Below are positions 17,724 through 26,992 of a stretch of 64,000 nt of DNA, in pieces. The translations under genes and the position numbers were made by a program. Each line of letters opens with the position of its first letter. Position 1 is the stretch's first letter. The stretch is from a virus, in the IMG/VR virus record IMGVR_UViG_3300047471_000616, positions 1 to 64,000 of that record; one strand, written 5' to 3'. The notes under the pieces were generated by a model, which was not told the DNA's origin, did no database searches, and worked only from the letters and a program-made list of their open reading frames with translations.

Positions 17724-17729
17724 CTTCTC

Positions 17730-17909
17730 ATGAAAATGAGCTTTGATGAATGGAAGAAGCGTGTTGACCTTGAGATTCAGGCCAAATGCGGGATGACCGC
17801 TGATGACCTGGATGATTGGCACTACAGCGACGACTGGCGTGACGGCCTGTCGCCCAAGCGGTGCGCTGCGCGTGCCATCAAAAATGCAAAGGAAGCCTGT
17901 GGGCTGTAA
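17730..17909 (+). CDS. Hypothetical protein
   Basis: GGAGG SD; MKMSFDEWKKRVD. Confidence 0.75.
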   Translation: MKMSFDEWKKRVDLEIQAKCGMTADDLDDWHYSDDWRDGLSPKRCAARAIKNAKEACGL

Positions 17910-17933
17910 GAAAGGAAGCCTGTGGGCTGTAAG
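17888..17933. repeat. 23-bp perfect tandem duplication
   Basis: AAAGGAAGCCTGTGGGCTGTAAG x2, spanning a stop codon. Confidence 0.9.
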
Positions 17934-17946
17934 AAGGGACTTGTTA

Positions 17947-18261
17947 ATGGGCTACAACGAAGAAATCAGCAGCGTTTGGTGGGCTGCGTTCCGCAACCTG
18001 CCACAACGCAAAGGAAAACACTTGGACGGCCGCTATGCCAGCATGGCCAGACTTCTTGGCTACAAACTCTACAGCACTGGCGGCCACTTCTGCGGCCACA
18101 ATACAATCTACCACAATGCGTGCCGTGGCAGCGTGCCTAAAGACCCTAAAATGCGTGAGAAACTGTTCAAGCTGGCTGGCCCGCATGGCAAACTCATCGC
18201 TTGGCTGGCCTTGGAAAAGCTGGGCATTTCTCACCGCTACATCAAACCCGCAACTTGGTGA
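17947..18261 (+). CDS. Hypothetical protein (KLAGPxG family)
   Basis: C-terminus REKLFKLAGPHGKLIA resembles 20983-21603. Confidence 0.7.
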   Translation: MGYNEEISSVWWAAFRNLPQRKGKHLDGRYASMARLLGYKLYSTGGHFCGHNTIYHNACRGSVPKDPKMREKLFKLAGPHGKLIAWLALEKLGISHRYIKPATW

Positions 18262-18275
18262 AGGAGGACTTGAAC

Positions 18276-18563
18276 ATGGGTGTGAACATCTTTGCGCCGG
18301 TGAACAGTGAACACGACGCTGACGCCATGGTCGAATTTGCCAATGCCAAGGCCAAAGGCAGGTTCGACTGGTGTGACAAGTTCGAAGGCCCTGGCGGCTG
18401 CTGCTTGAGCATCATAGACGCCTTGGCTTTCAGCGAAAAGGAAGCACCGTGGTGGGTGCTGACCAAGGGGAAAATGGTGAAAACCAAGACCCGCAGGCAG
18501 TGGCAGCGTTTGCTCATCGATAGCGGCTGCCACCACGTCATCTTTTTGAAGGCCAGGCTGTAA
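18276..18563 (+). CDS. Hypothetical protein
   Basis: AAGGAGG SD. Confidence 0.7.
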   Translation: MGVNIFAPVNSEHDADAMVEFANAKAKGRFDWCDKFEGPGGCCLSIIDALAFSEKEAPWWVLTKGKMVKTKTRRQWQRLLIDSGCHHVIFLKARL

Positions 18564-18616
18564 TTCATCTATTGGGGGCGCGAATGCCCCCGTTTGGCAA
18601 TTTGCCACAGGAGGAA
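18561..18616 (+). promoter_or_regulatory. Repeated intergenic element, copy B
   Basis: TAATTCATCTATTG-hairpin-GTTTGGCAATTTGCCACAGGAGG. Confidence 0.7.
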
Positions 18617-18619
18617 GTG

Positions 18620-18817
18620 ATGATTACTCAGATTGACAGGCGTGAGAATAAAGTAGTGCAGAAGGTGACCAAGCCCGACGGCACGGTCATCGCCTATCAG
18701 TCCGGCACCCCCGGTGATGAGGCGACGATGGAACGGTTCACAACACTGGTTGAGGCGCGGGCCGCCGTTGGCATCTACGCCAAGGGCGTGCTGGCCAATG
18801 GAGGGGCGAATGGTTGA
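18620..18817 (+). CDS. Hypothetical protein
   Basis: AGGAGG SD. Confidence 0.7.
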   Translation: MITQIDRRENKVVQKVTKPDGTVIAYQSGTPGDEATMERFTTLVEARAAVGIYAKGVLANGGANG

Positions 18818-18944
18818 ATGGGAAGAGCTAAGACTACTGTGGTTGAAGGACTTGATCAGTGATGATGAGTTCATCGACCGGGCACGCGGCATGGACATGT
18901 GTGACGACGCTGAAAAATTGGTGTGGGAATGCAAGGAGGACTAA
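18810..18944 (+). CDS. Hypothetical acidic peptide
   Basis: GGAGG SD; overlaps the upstream gene. Confidence 0.6.
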   Translation: MVEWEELRLLWLKDLISDDEFIDRARGMDMCDDAEKLVWECKED

Positions 18945-19187
18945 ATGGTAAAGCTAACTAAAGCACAACGGAAGGCGCTGTTCGCAGTGTTTCAGCGTGA
19001 CTTCCCTGGTTGGGTCACACCGTTCATGCGCCATGACACCAGGGATGTGATAGTCCAGGTGCCGTCCCTGCAGTGGCGTCGCTTCCGCAAAACCGTGACG
19101 CCCTACTTCGACGGCAGCGGCTGCGTCATGGTGCCGTGGCACGGAATGATGCTGGGGATTGAAACAGATGGGTACACGCATTCTTGA
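18945..19187 (+). CDS. Conserved-looking phage hypothetical protein
   Basis: AAGGAGG SD; ends GMMLGIETDGYTHS. Confidence 0.75.
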   Translation: MVKLTKAQRKALFAVFQRDFPGWVTPFMRHDTRDVIVQVPSLQWRRFRKTVTPYFDGSGCVMVPWHGMMLGIETDGYTHS

Positions 19188-19467
19188 CGCTGAAAGACTG
19201 GCGGCAATACCCGGCTGCATATCATCGGCTGAGTTGTTCTCACAGGCGGTGAAAACCGGGAAGAAAGTCAAATACTACGTCCTGCAGCGTCAAAGCCACA
19301 GGATCATGATCAGGTATGTGACCCCAAACGGGAGTATCACCAACGGCAAAGGAGGAACGTTCCCCAACTTCGCATTTGGGATACCACGATTCACCAACTA
19401 CTGGTACGCCTATGCCTACAAGTGCAAAGTCGATAAACAACGGGAGAAGAAAAATGGTAGTCATTAA
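19168..19467 (+). CDS. NYWxAYA-family small protein
   Basis: C-terminal FTNYWYAYAY. Confidence 0.7.
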   Translation: MGTRILDAERLAAIPGCISSAELFSQAVKTGKKVKYYVLQRQSHRIMIRYVTPNGSITNGKGGTFPNFAFGIPRFTNYWYAYAYKCKVDKQREKKNGSH

Positions 19468-19756
19468 AGGCAAGTTCGGCCCGCGTGCAGCAACCAAGCA
19501 GGAGACGAAAATGGACAGCACCGAAAAGATGATGAAGGACCTGGGCCTGGACAACCTGGTGGTTGTCGGCAGGGGTGAACGCGGCACGGTCGTCGCCTAC
19601 TACAACACCTATGAAGGCCAGGACTACTTCCACATTCGCAATGTGTACAGCAAGCGCGGCACCTGGATGCACGGCAAGGGGTTGTCGGTCAGCCCCAGCA
19701 TGGCCAAGGAACTGCTGGCTAACCTTGGCGAACTGGGTGGCAAGCTGGAATCATAA
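19454..19756 (+). CDS. PC4/YdbC-like ssDNA-binding protein
   Basis: YEGQDYFHIRNVY...GTWMHGKGLSV matches the PC4 fold pattern. Confidence 0.65.
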   Translation: MVVIKGKFGPRAATKQETKMDSTEKMMKDLGLDNLVVVGRGERGTVVAYYNTYEGQDYFHIRNVYSKRGTWMHGKGLSVSPSMAKELLANLGELGGKLES

Positions 19757-19810
19757 TTCATCTATTGCGGGTGGTGCGATCACCCGCGTTTGTCAATTTT
19801 GAGAGGGGAC
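19754..19810 (+). promoter_or_regulatory. Repeated intergenic element, copy C
   Basis: TAATTCATCTATTG-hairpin(GCGGGTG/CACCCGC)-GTTTGTCAATTTT-GAGAGGGG. Confidence 0.7.
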
Positions 19811-19814
19811 TAAC

Positions 19815-20369
19815 ATGACTGAACCTAATCTGGTGCCATACATAGGCCGCCTCAGCCAAAAGGAAAAGGCGGTGCTGCTGCGGTGGATCAGGCAAATACC
19901 GGGCGAAGAACACCACTTTGAGGGCACGTTGCCGTTTGTGTCGGTGAGCAAAGTCTTGGGTGTTCTTGAAATGGTGAAAACGAGTGTATACCCAGCAGCG
20001 GGAGGGCACCCAGCCTCGCAACGTATTGCCAAGGAAATATTGGTGAAGCTGAGCGAAGCGCTTGATGATCGCAAAGGCCAAGCCAGCTTCTTAATGCGCC
20101 TCAACGACAAAAAGGTGTATAGGCACTTCGGCAGGCAGCCTGAGAAGGGCAAGCCGCTGAACTTCTTGCCCAAAGAAAAGGTGACGGTGGGTGTGAAGTA
20201 TCATCTGCCGTCAAAGGACTACATACCTGACAAGGACGTGCTGGTAGCACCCTGTGTCAAGCTCAAGCCGATGGAAAAGGGACGTATTCTTGCCCGGTCG
20301 TGGCAGGTCACCGTGCTCAACCGCTGCCGCCCGGCCGTCGAGCTGTGGTTGCAGCAGAATTGTCAGTAA
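19815..20369 (+). CDS. Hypothetical protein
   Basis: 184-aa ORF with SD. Confidence 0.7.
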   Translation: MTEPNLVPYIGRLSQKEKAVLLRWIRQIPGEEHHFEGTLPFVSVSKVLGVLEMVKTSVYPAAGGHPASQRIAKEILVKLSEALDDRKGQASFLMRLNDKKVYRHFGRQPEKGKPLNFLPKEKVTVGVKYHLPSKDYIPDKDVLVAPCVKLKPMEKGRILARSWQVTVLNRCRPAVELWLQQNCQ

Positions 20370-20400
20370 GGGGTCTGCGGGCTTCACTGGTAAGACTGAA

Positions 20401-20428
20401 GGGCCGCCCGCTAGGGTGAGGGCGGCCC
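20401..20428. terminator. Hairpin between convergent genes
   Basis: GGGCCGCCC/GGGCGGCCC stem. Confidence 0.6.
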
Positions 20429-20473
20429 AAGAATCGCTTACCAGCGGGCATTTGTGGGGCAGAGCGGGGGCTC

Positions 20474-20881
20474 TTAGCGTTTTGGCCCGCGTGCCTGCAT
20501 CGCCGGGGTATTGGCAGCCACGGCGTCGGCTACGGTCTGGTCGTTGGCAGTCAGTTTGGCCACCAGATCATCAAGCGCGGCCTGGGTGACCGGATCGGTT
20601 GACGGCGGGATGGCTTGAATAAGCGCGGTAAGCTGTTGAAGAAGCGTGACCACGGAACCGGTCACGGTAGTGTTCTTTGCAACTTCTGCCGTTACGGCAG
20701 CCAAGTCAATGGCCATTTTGGCCTCCTGTTTCATGAGAGATCGCAACATCACCAACATCGATAGTTGGTTGGCGTGGATGATTGGCAACAGCGCCAGCCA
20801 ATCATCTTGCCAGAACCATTGCAGTTTGGCACTAACTTTAGAAACTTTGGGCTTACGCGGGCGCGAACGTGGTTTCTTCAT
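20474..20881 (-). CDS. Hypothetical helical protein with an internal strong start at 20716
   Basis: AGGAGG before MAIDLAAVTAEVAKN; in-frame upstream extension. Confidence 0.65.
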   Translation of the reverse strand: MKKPRSRPRKPKVSKVSAKLQWFWQDDWLALLPIIHANQLSMLVMLRSLMKQEAKMAIDLAAVTAEVAKNTTVTGSVVTLLQQLTALIQAIPPSTDPVTQAALDDLVAKLTANDQTVADAVAANTPAMQARGPKR

Positions 20882-20982
20882 TGTTCCCTACCCGTCTGTG
20901 CTGATTGCACACTTGGAATATAGTGTGTGTTTGTGACATTTGTTAGTACCCCGCCTCATCTATTCACCACAGGAGGAACCAG

Positions 20983-21603
20983 GTGCCTGAATATTCGGTG
21001 ACGTTGATGGAGCGAAACGCACCCCACCCGCAATGGGCCAGGACTACCTTGCGGGTGAAGGCAGTTTCTGCCAAACACGCCATGAAGAAGGCTGAGAAGA
21101 AAATAAACAGATACCCAAACGGGATCTTCGACGCCAAAAGTGCCCGCCTGGTTCCTAAAATATACCAGGACAGCAACTACTGGCACAAAATATGGAAACG
21201 GGCATATGACAATATGCCAACCAGAATGCATATCAGTATGCTCGAAGCCTGGGTGCCACAGGAACCTGGCAAGACCCAGCTGCCGGAATACATCAAGCAA
21301 AGTGCCAAAGGCACAATGCGGCAGGATTCGAGCGGGGCCATTCTTCAAAAGAAAGTCGACAGACGTGCCTACAGGATGGGGGCGCAGGCGGCGCTGACCC
21401 GGCTTCTTGAATATGCCAAATGGAGCCGGCAGCATTCCCAGGCGCATTTGGCCGTGGCGAATGCAATGGCCAGAGGCAGCAGGCCATCAACTGAGAAGCG
21501 ACGGAAATTGCTAATCAAGCTGGCCGGACCTTACGGCACCAGGATTGCTGCTAAGCTACTGGGACGCCGGTTTCAGCCCGTAAAGATCAAAGGTGGAAAA
21601 TGA
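20983..21603 (+). CDS. Hypothetical protein (KLAGPxG family)
   Basis: AGGAGG SD with GTG start; RRKLLIKLAGPYGTRIA. Confidence 0.72.
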   Translation: MPEYSVTLMERNAPHPQWARTTLRVKAVSAKHAMKKAEKKINRYPNGIFDAKSARLVPKIYQDSNYWHKIWKRAYDNMPTRMHISMLEAWVPQEPGKTQLPEYIKQSAKGTMRQDSSGAILQKKVDRRAYRMGAQAALTRLLEYAKWSRQHSQAHLAVANAMARGSRPSTEKRRKLLIKLAGPYGTRIAAKLLGRRFQPVKIKGGK

Positions 21604-21777
21604 TGGTAGCTGAGTACAAGGAGGACAAATGAATGCCTTTGACAGGGAATTCATCAAATTTCTAGATGAAATTTGGGATGAGTACGACCCAGTAATTACT
21701 GAACGGAAGTGGCGTGAGTTCAAACTGGTTCACCGCATGAAAAAGTTCTTGAAAGTGGGTGAATACGAGGAAAACAA

Positions 21778-22026
21778 ATGAAGTGCCCACATTGCGACGC
21801 TGATATTCTTTACGTTGTGGACAGCCGTATGACTGAGATTGACGGCTACAAAACAGTGCGTCGTCGCCGTGTGTGCAGAAAATGCAAATACCGGTGGTCC
21901 ACCATCGAAGTTCCTTTGGGTGAACGCCGCAGGCACGACGCCGTAAAAATACTGAGCAACATCAGGGACAACCTGAGCAAGACACTGATACTCATCGATG
22001 AACTCAACCAGAAGGGGGAGAAGTGA
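21778..22026 (+). CDS. NrdR-like zinc-ribbon protein lacking the ATP cone
   Basis: MKCPHC...VVDSR...VRRRRVCRKCKYRWSTIE. Confidence 0.8.
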   Translation: MKCPHCDADILYVVDSRMTEIDGYKTVRRRRVCRKCKYRWSTIEVPLGERRRHDAVKILSNIRDNLSKTLILIDELNQKGEK

Positions 22027-22027
22027 A

Positions 22028-22243
22028 ATGAGAAATCCTAACTACTACTACGAACCAGCCAGGTTTGGCAGCGAAGATGGTTGGTCAATAAAGATGGCCG
22101 ACATAATTGTGTGGGGCAAGACCAAGGCCGCCACACGTTCCAGACTGAAGCGGGTGTTGCGTGAGAGGTTCAAGAACAAGACCACTGAGGAGATCTACGT
22201 GTTTCTAAAGGGCAACACAGGAGGAACTAATGACCAGTCTTAA
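22028..22243 (+). CDS. Hypothetical protein
   Basis: GGAG SD; fills the gap between neighbours. Confidence 0.6.
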   Translation: MRNPNYYYEPARFGSEDGWSIKMADIIVWGKTKAATRSRLKRVLRERFKNKTTEEIYVFLKGNTGGTNDQS

Positions 22244-23105
22244 TGAAAGAACAGTGCTGACGTGCTTACATATTGGAAGTTACAATGGCAAGGCAGTCGA
22301 CCGTGAGATCACTGAAGAGGTCAGTGAGCATCACCACGCTGATCTCAAGGACGCGGGTCGATACAGCAAACAGCTGATTGCCACCAAGTTCTTGAAGCCG
22401 GTGACCAGCAAGATCAGCAATGCCAGGCGCATCCACCGGCTGCTGACGCTGCCGTGGGACGATGATGCCCGCATTCTCAGCAATACGGGCTTCAACCAAT
22501 ACAGCGAAACCATGAGACTGCAGCGGCTGGGCGTCGAAGCAGCGGCTGCGGAGTTCACCGCGCACTGGGCGGACTTCATTCAGGAAGCCAGAACGCGGCT
22601 GGGCAATATGTTTGATTACGAAGACTACCCGGTTGCGGAAGTTGTTGGCAGGAAGTTCTACGTGGACGTTGAAATCAAGCCGGTGCCCTGTGCCGGTGAC
22701 TTCCGCGCTGAACTGAGCGATGCGTCGGTCAAGGCCATCACCAAAGACATTGAACGGCGCACCGAAGAGCGGCTGGGCAAGGCAATGGATGACGTGTTTG
22801 AGCGCATTGCCGACGCCACTGGCAAGATGGTGGAAAAGCTGCGGGCGTACAAGCCGGGCGGGATCGGTGAGGCCAACGAAGGTACGTTCAGGGACTCACT
22901 GGTGTACAACCTGCGTGAGTTGACTGACCTGATCCCGGCGTTGAACATCAATAACGACAAAAGGCTTGACGAACTGCACACCAGGCTGCTGGCCGACTGC
23001 ACCAAGCATGAGCCGGGGCAGCTGCGTGACGACGCGAAGCTGCGCCAGCAGACTGCAGCCGCAGCCGAGAAGATCCTGAAGAAAGTCAACAGCTACTTGG
23101 CATAG
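22230..23105 (+). CDS. Conserved helical phage protein (DUF3150-like), typical neighbour of MoxR/VWA genes
   Basis: 291 aa; TLPW, RLGNMF..EDYP motifs; gene context. Confidence 0.6.
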   Translation: MTSLNERTVLTCLHIGSYNGKAVDREITEEVSEHHHADLKDAGRYSKQLIATKFLKPVTSKISNARRIHRLLTLPWDDDARILSNTGFNQYSETMRLQRLGVEAAAAEFTAHWADFIQEARTRLGNMFDYEDYPVAEVVGRKFYVDVEIKPVPCAGDFRAELSDASVKAITKDIERRTEERLGKAMDDVFERIADATGKMVEKLRAYKPGGIGEANEGTFRDSLVYNLRELTDLIPALNINNDKRLDELHTRLLADCTKHEPGQLRDDAKLRQQTAAAAEKILKKVNSYLA

Positions 23106-23114
23106 GAGACGAAC

Positions 23115-23312
23115 GTGACACAGTTTGGCAAATCAATGTTTCGATTGCAGGATGCAATAAAACGCGCTGACGAACGATGCAAGCAGGACGACGACGGTTT
23201 TGTTGTCTTGGAAGACATGATCAGCGGAGAGTGGATTGTCCAAACCTTTGTCGCGGTTAGGCCACCTTGTACCCGAAAGGTCTATGAGATCTGGCCTCAA
23301 GAGAATGAATAA
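23115..23312 (+). CDS. Hypothetical protein
   Basis: AGGAG SD with GTG start. Confidence 0.55.
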   Translation: MTQFGKSMFRLQDAIKRADERCKQDDDGFVVLEDMISGEWIVQTFVAVRPPCTRKVYEIWPQENE

Positions 23313-23727
23313 GCGCCGCATCGTCATTGTGGGCGGACCGCGTTGTGGGAAGTCCACAATGGCGCGGCGGCTGCGTGAACAAGGTATCCCCACGTATTGT
23401 GGGGATACCGTTAGCTTCGTGAAGCAGCCTGAAGAAGGCGTCATCTACCTGCCTGAATACCTTAGCTGGACTACTGCACCAGATTATGTGGCCAGGGAAT
23501 GGCTGACGATGCCAGCTCCTTGGTGCTGTGAAGGTGTGGTGATGGCACGGGCGCTTCGCAAGTTGATGCGACAGAACCAGGGCCACCTGCTAAAAGGGAC
23601 TGAAGTTATCTACCTTTCAGTGCCAATGGAGCCACGCACTCCGGGCCAGGGCAACATGGCCAAAGGTATTTCCACGGTGTGGTTTGAAATAGAATCTTTC
23701 GTTAGGCAATTTGCCACAGTGAAATAG
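23305..23727 (+). CDS. Small P-loop NTPase / kinase-like protein
   Basis: IVIVGGPRCGKST Walker A at the N-terminus. Confidence 0.7.
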   Translation: MNKRRIVIVGGPRCGKSTMARRLREQGIPTYCGDTVSFVKQPEEGVIYLPEYLSWTTAPDYVAREWLTMPAPWCCEGVVMARALRKLMRQNQGHLLKGTEVIYLSVPMEPRTPGQGNMAKGISTVWFEIESFVRQFATVK

Positions 23728-23749
23728 GCTTAACAGGAGGAGAAGACTA

Positions 23750-24742
23750 ATGTCTGAGACCATCAAAACGGCAAAGGACCTGGCGCTCAGGTACTACAAG
23801 CGACGCAAGCCCTGTTACGTGGAGGGACCGCCCGGCGTAGGCAAGTCCGAAATGTGGGCGCAAATTGCCGATGAACTGGGTATTGGGTTCATCGATATAC
23901 GGTTAGCGCAGATGGACCCGGTTGACCTGCGCGGCTTGCCCAAGCATCAGGGAGAACTGGTGGTGTGGGGCAGGCCGGACTTCCTGCCCATTATTGAGCG
24001 CGACGGCCCCAACGGCATCATCCTGTTTGATGAGTTGGGGGACTGCGGCAAGGCCATGCAGTCGGCGGCGTATCAGCCGATCTTGAACGGGCGCGTTGGG
24101 CCGCACATCATCGCACCGGGCTGGTACCGATGCGCTGCTGGCAACAGCCAGCGGCACCGAGCCGGGGCACAGGCCATGTCCTCGGCGTTGGCCAACCGCT
24201 TTGCCTGGATTGAGGTTGAAGCGGACGTTGAGTGCTTTGTTGAACATGGCACCAAAATCGGCGTGCATCACTACGTCCTGGGCTTCATCAGGTTCAGGCC
24301 GGAGTTGCTGCATAAGATGGATGAATCCATGCTGAAGGCGTTCCCCACGCCTAGGTCATGGGTTTCGGCGGCTGAGTACTGTGAGGAAGCCGCTGACGTG
24401 CGTGGCCGGTTGATCGCCGGTTGCGTGGGGCCGGGAGCGGCTGGAGAGTTCGAAGCGTATATGCGTACCATGGACCTGCCTGAACTGGCAGACATCCTGG
24501 CTGACCCCAAGCGTTGCCGCATCCCCACTGAACCGGCGCACAAGTATGCGCTGAGTTCGATGTTGGCGCGGTATGCCGAGCGAAGCACGCTTGACAAGAT
24601 CATGATCTACATCAAGCGCGCTGAATTTGGCCGTGACTTTGAGATCTGTACGGTACTGGACGCCACCAAGCGTGAGCCTACGTTGACTGAGACCAAGGCG
24701 TTCACTGAGTTTGCGTCGAGGAACCAGGACCTTACCCTGTAA
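23750..24742 (+). CDS. MoxR-like AAA+ ATPase
   Basis: GPPGVGKS, ILFDE, AAGN, ALANRF, PTPRSW. Confidence 0.88.
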   Translation: MSETIKTAKDLALRYYKRRKPCYVEGPPGVGKSEMWAQIADELGIGFIDIRLAQMDPVDLRGLPKHQGELVVWGRPDFLPIIERDGPNGIILFDELGDCGKAMQSAAYQPILNGRVGPHIIAPGWYRCAAGNSQRHRAGAQAMSSALANRFAWIEVEADVECFVEHGTKIGVHHYVLGFIRFRPELLHKMDESMLKAFPTPRSWVSAAEYCEEAADVRGRLIAGCVGPGAAGEFEAYMRTMDLPELADILADPKRCRIPTEPAHKYALSSMLARYAERSTLDKIMIYIKRAEFGRDFEICTVLDATKREPTLTETKAFTEFASRNQDLTL

Positions 24743-24814
24743 AGGAGGTGATGCCACATACCAAAGACCCCATTCCCAAAAAATAGGGTTGAAGGATCTT
24801 CTCCCGAAAATGAG

Positions 24815-24867
24815 TATTGGGGGGCGGGTGCGACGCCCCCCGTTAGCCAATTTAGCCACAGGAGGAT
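24815..24867 (+). promoter_or_regulatory. Repeated intergenic element, copy D
   Basis: TATTG-GGGGGCG/CGCCCCCC-GTTAGCCAATTTAGCCACAGGAGG. Confidence 0.7.
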
Positions 24868-24870
24868 ACT

Positions 24871-25179
24871 ATGACTGAAGAAACCGATCAAACCAACTTT
24901 TTCAATTCTATCAGCTTTATCGACGGCTTGTTGAATGAGATAGCTGACCGTGTGCTCAAGAAACTAACGGACAGCAACAGCAACATGCTCAACACGATTC
25001 AGTACAAAGTCAGGGCTGAGAACATTGAGGGCCAGATTAAGGCCACCCAGATTGATGGCCTGGACGACATGGTTGAAGATGCAGTCAGCAGCGCCGTGAG
25101 GGATATGGCCACTGAGGCCGGTGCCGACGCTGCTGAGAAGTATGTCAGGGGCCTTGAATTCGAAGTCAACGTGCGCTGA
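24871..25179 (+). CDS. Hypothetical protein
   Basis: AGGAGG SD. Confidence 0.7.
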   Translation: MTEETDQTNFFNSISFIDGLLNEIADRVLKKLTDSNSNMLNTIQYKVRAENIEGQIKATQIDGLDDMVEDAVSSAVRDMATEAGADAAEKYVRGLEFEVNVR

Positions 25180-25188
25180 GGAGGTACC

Positions 25189-25533
25189 ATGAACGACGCA
25201 GTAAAGACTGACCTGGCAGACCTGCAAGACGCTATGGAAAGCCTGCAAAAGCAGTTTTTCAGAATGCCGCAGGCAGTCAAGGTGGACGTAGCCGCGAGGC
25301 TGCGTGCACTAGTCAAGACCGCTGACCTGATCGACGCCATGGCCAAGGAAGATATGAAGACGGCGTTGAAAGGCAAACCCGGTGTGGTGGTTGGTGAGAT
25401 GTTCAGAGCCAACGTAGCCTACGTTCCGACCACCCGCCTGAACCAAAAGAAGTTGGAAGCCGAGAACCCTAAGGTCTACGCCAAGTACCTTGAGACCAAA
25501 GACCAGGCGCGTGTAACATTCGAAGTGAGGTAA
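25189..25533 (+). CDS. Hypothetical protein
   Basis: GAGGAGG SD. Confidence 0.7.
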   Translation: MNDAVKTDLADLQDAMESLQKQFFRMPQAVKVDVAARLRALVKTADLIDAMAKEDMKTALKGKPGVVVGEMFRANVAYVPTTRLNQKKLEAENPKVYAKYLETKDQARVTFEVR

Positions 25534-25536
25534 ACC

Positions 25537-25755
25537 ATGTTCAAAATAGAACGCGACATCCCAATACCAGACTCTATCAACAGACATCGAACCAAGTATC
25601 CATGGGTTAGCTTGGGGGTGGGAGAGTCCTTCTTTGTACCTAATGGAAATATAGCCAACCTGCGCTCCAGTGCCAGCGTGGCCAGCGCCAGGCTCAAAAA
25701 GAAGTTCTTTGCTGGCATTGTCAAAGGCGGCGTGCGAATTTGGCGAGAGGGGTAG
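25537..25755 (+). CDS. Small putative DNA-binding protein
   Basis: IERDIPIP...KYPW..LGVGESFFVP...GVRIWR, a common phage small-protein pattern. Confidence 0.65.
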   Translation: MFKIERDIPIPDSINRHRTKYPWVSLGVGESFFVPNGNIANLRSSASVASARLKKKFFAGIVKGGVRIWREG

Positions 25756-25764
25756 GAGCGAACA

Positions 25765-26985
25765 ATGCAAAAGTACACTGACAAAAAGGCATACGACAAG
25801 GTGGTCAAGGCCAGAACCGTGTTGCTGGTGGGGCAGCCATTCTTTGGCTGCCTTGCCCTGCACATGGACCTGGTTGAAGTCACCAACGCAGACATGGTGC
25901 CAACCATGGCTGTGGATGGTACCAATATATACTACCACCCGCCGTTCGTGCTGAGCCTCAGTGAGCAGGAACTGGTTGGGGTGGTGGCGCACGAAGTGAT
26001 GCACTGCGCCTACAAGCATTTCAGCCGACGCAGCCACCGCAACCCAATCATCTGGAACTGGGCCGGGGACTACGTGATCAATGCTGATCTGTTGAAGGCC
26101 AAGTTTACGCTGCCCAAAGAGCGGCTGCATGACTCCAAGTATGACGGCTTCAGCACTGAGGAAGTATATGAGAAGCTGAAGCAGGAAGTGAAGAAACAGA
26201 TCCAGGAGGCCACACGGTACAGTGGTGGTGGTCACCTGGACCCCATGGCTGACAAAGGACGCTGCGGCGGCGTCATAGACGCTGGCAGCCTGGGCAAGAA
26301 ACCGGGCAGCAGCAGCAAGGCTGAACAAGAAGCAGCCGAACGTAAGTGGGATACTACGGTACGGATTGCCGTCAACGTGGCCAAGCGTACGAACGCTGGT
26401 CAGGTGCCTGGGTATCTTGAGCGGCTGGTCAAACAGCTGCGCGAACCAAGGGTCTCATGGCGTGAGTTGACCCGGCAGTTCATAGACCAGTCAATGACCA
26501 AGGACTACAGCTGGCAGCGGCCCAACAAGCGGTATCTTGGCCAGGGCCTGATCCTGCCGGGCTTCATTAGCGACGCCCTGCATGAAATGAACTTCGGTAT
26601 TGACGTGTCAGGCAGCATCACCCATGAGATGGCCGAGTTCATGCTGGGCGAAGTGGCGGGGGCGTTGAACGACGGCACCGCTGACAAAATGAACGTGATC
26701 TACTTTGACACTGCGGTACGTCACGTTGACACCTACGTGCCAGGCGACCTGGTGCAGTGCAAAGTCATCGCCGGGGGTGGCACCGACTTTGATGATACGT
26801 TCAAGTGGATCAGTGAAAATGCCGCCGATGCCCAGTGCACGGTGGTGCTCACCGACATGATGACAATGTCGTTTGGCAAAGACCCCGGCCACCCGGTGTT
26901 GTGGGGCGCGTATCTGCCCAGCGCCATGCTGGCTTCTGTCAAGCCGCCGTTTGGCGACATCATCCAAGTTGACAGTTCTGAGTGA
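25765..26985 (+). CDS. DUF2201-type metallopeptidase + VWA domain protein
   Basis: HEVMH zincin motif; DVSGS MIDAS, GGGTDF, LTD. Confidence 0.88.
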   Translation: MQKYTDKKAYDKVVKARTVLLVGQPFFGCLALHMDLVEVTNADMVPTMAVDGTNIYYHPPFVLSLSEQELVGVVAHEVMHCAYKHFSRRSHRNPIIWNWAGDYVINADLLKAKFTLPKERLHDSKYDGFSTEEVYEKLKQEVKKQIQEATRYSGGGHLDPMADKGRCGGVIDAGSLGKKPGSSSKAEQEAAERKWDTTVRIAVNVAKRTNAGQVPGYLERLVKQLREPRVSWRELTRQFIDQSMTKDYSWQRPNKRYLGQGLILPGFISDALHEMNFGIDVSGSITHEMAEFMLGEVAGALNDGTADKMNVIYFDTAVRHVDTYVPGDLVQCKVIAGGGTDFDDTFKWISENAADAQCTVVLTDMMTMSFGKDPGHPVLWGAYLPSAMLASVKPPFGDIIQVDSSE

Positions 26986-26992
26986 GGCAGTC

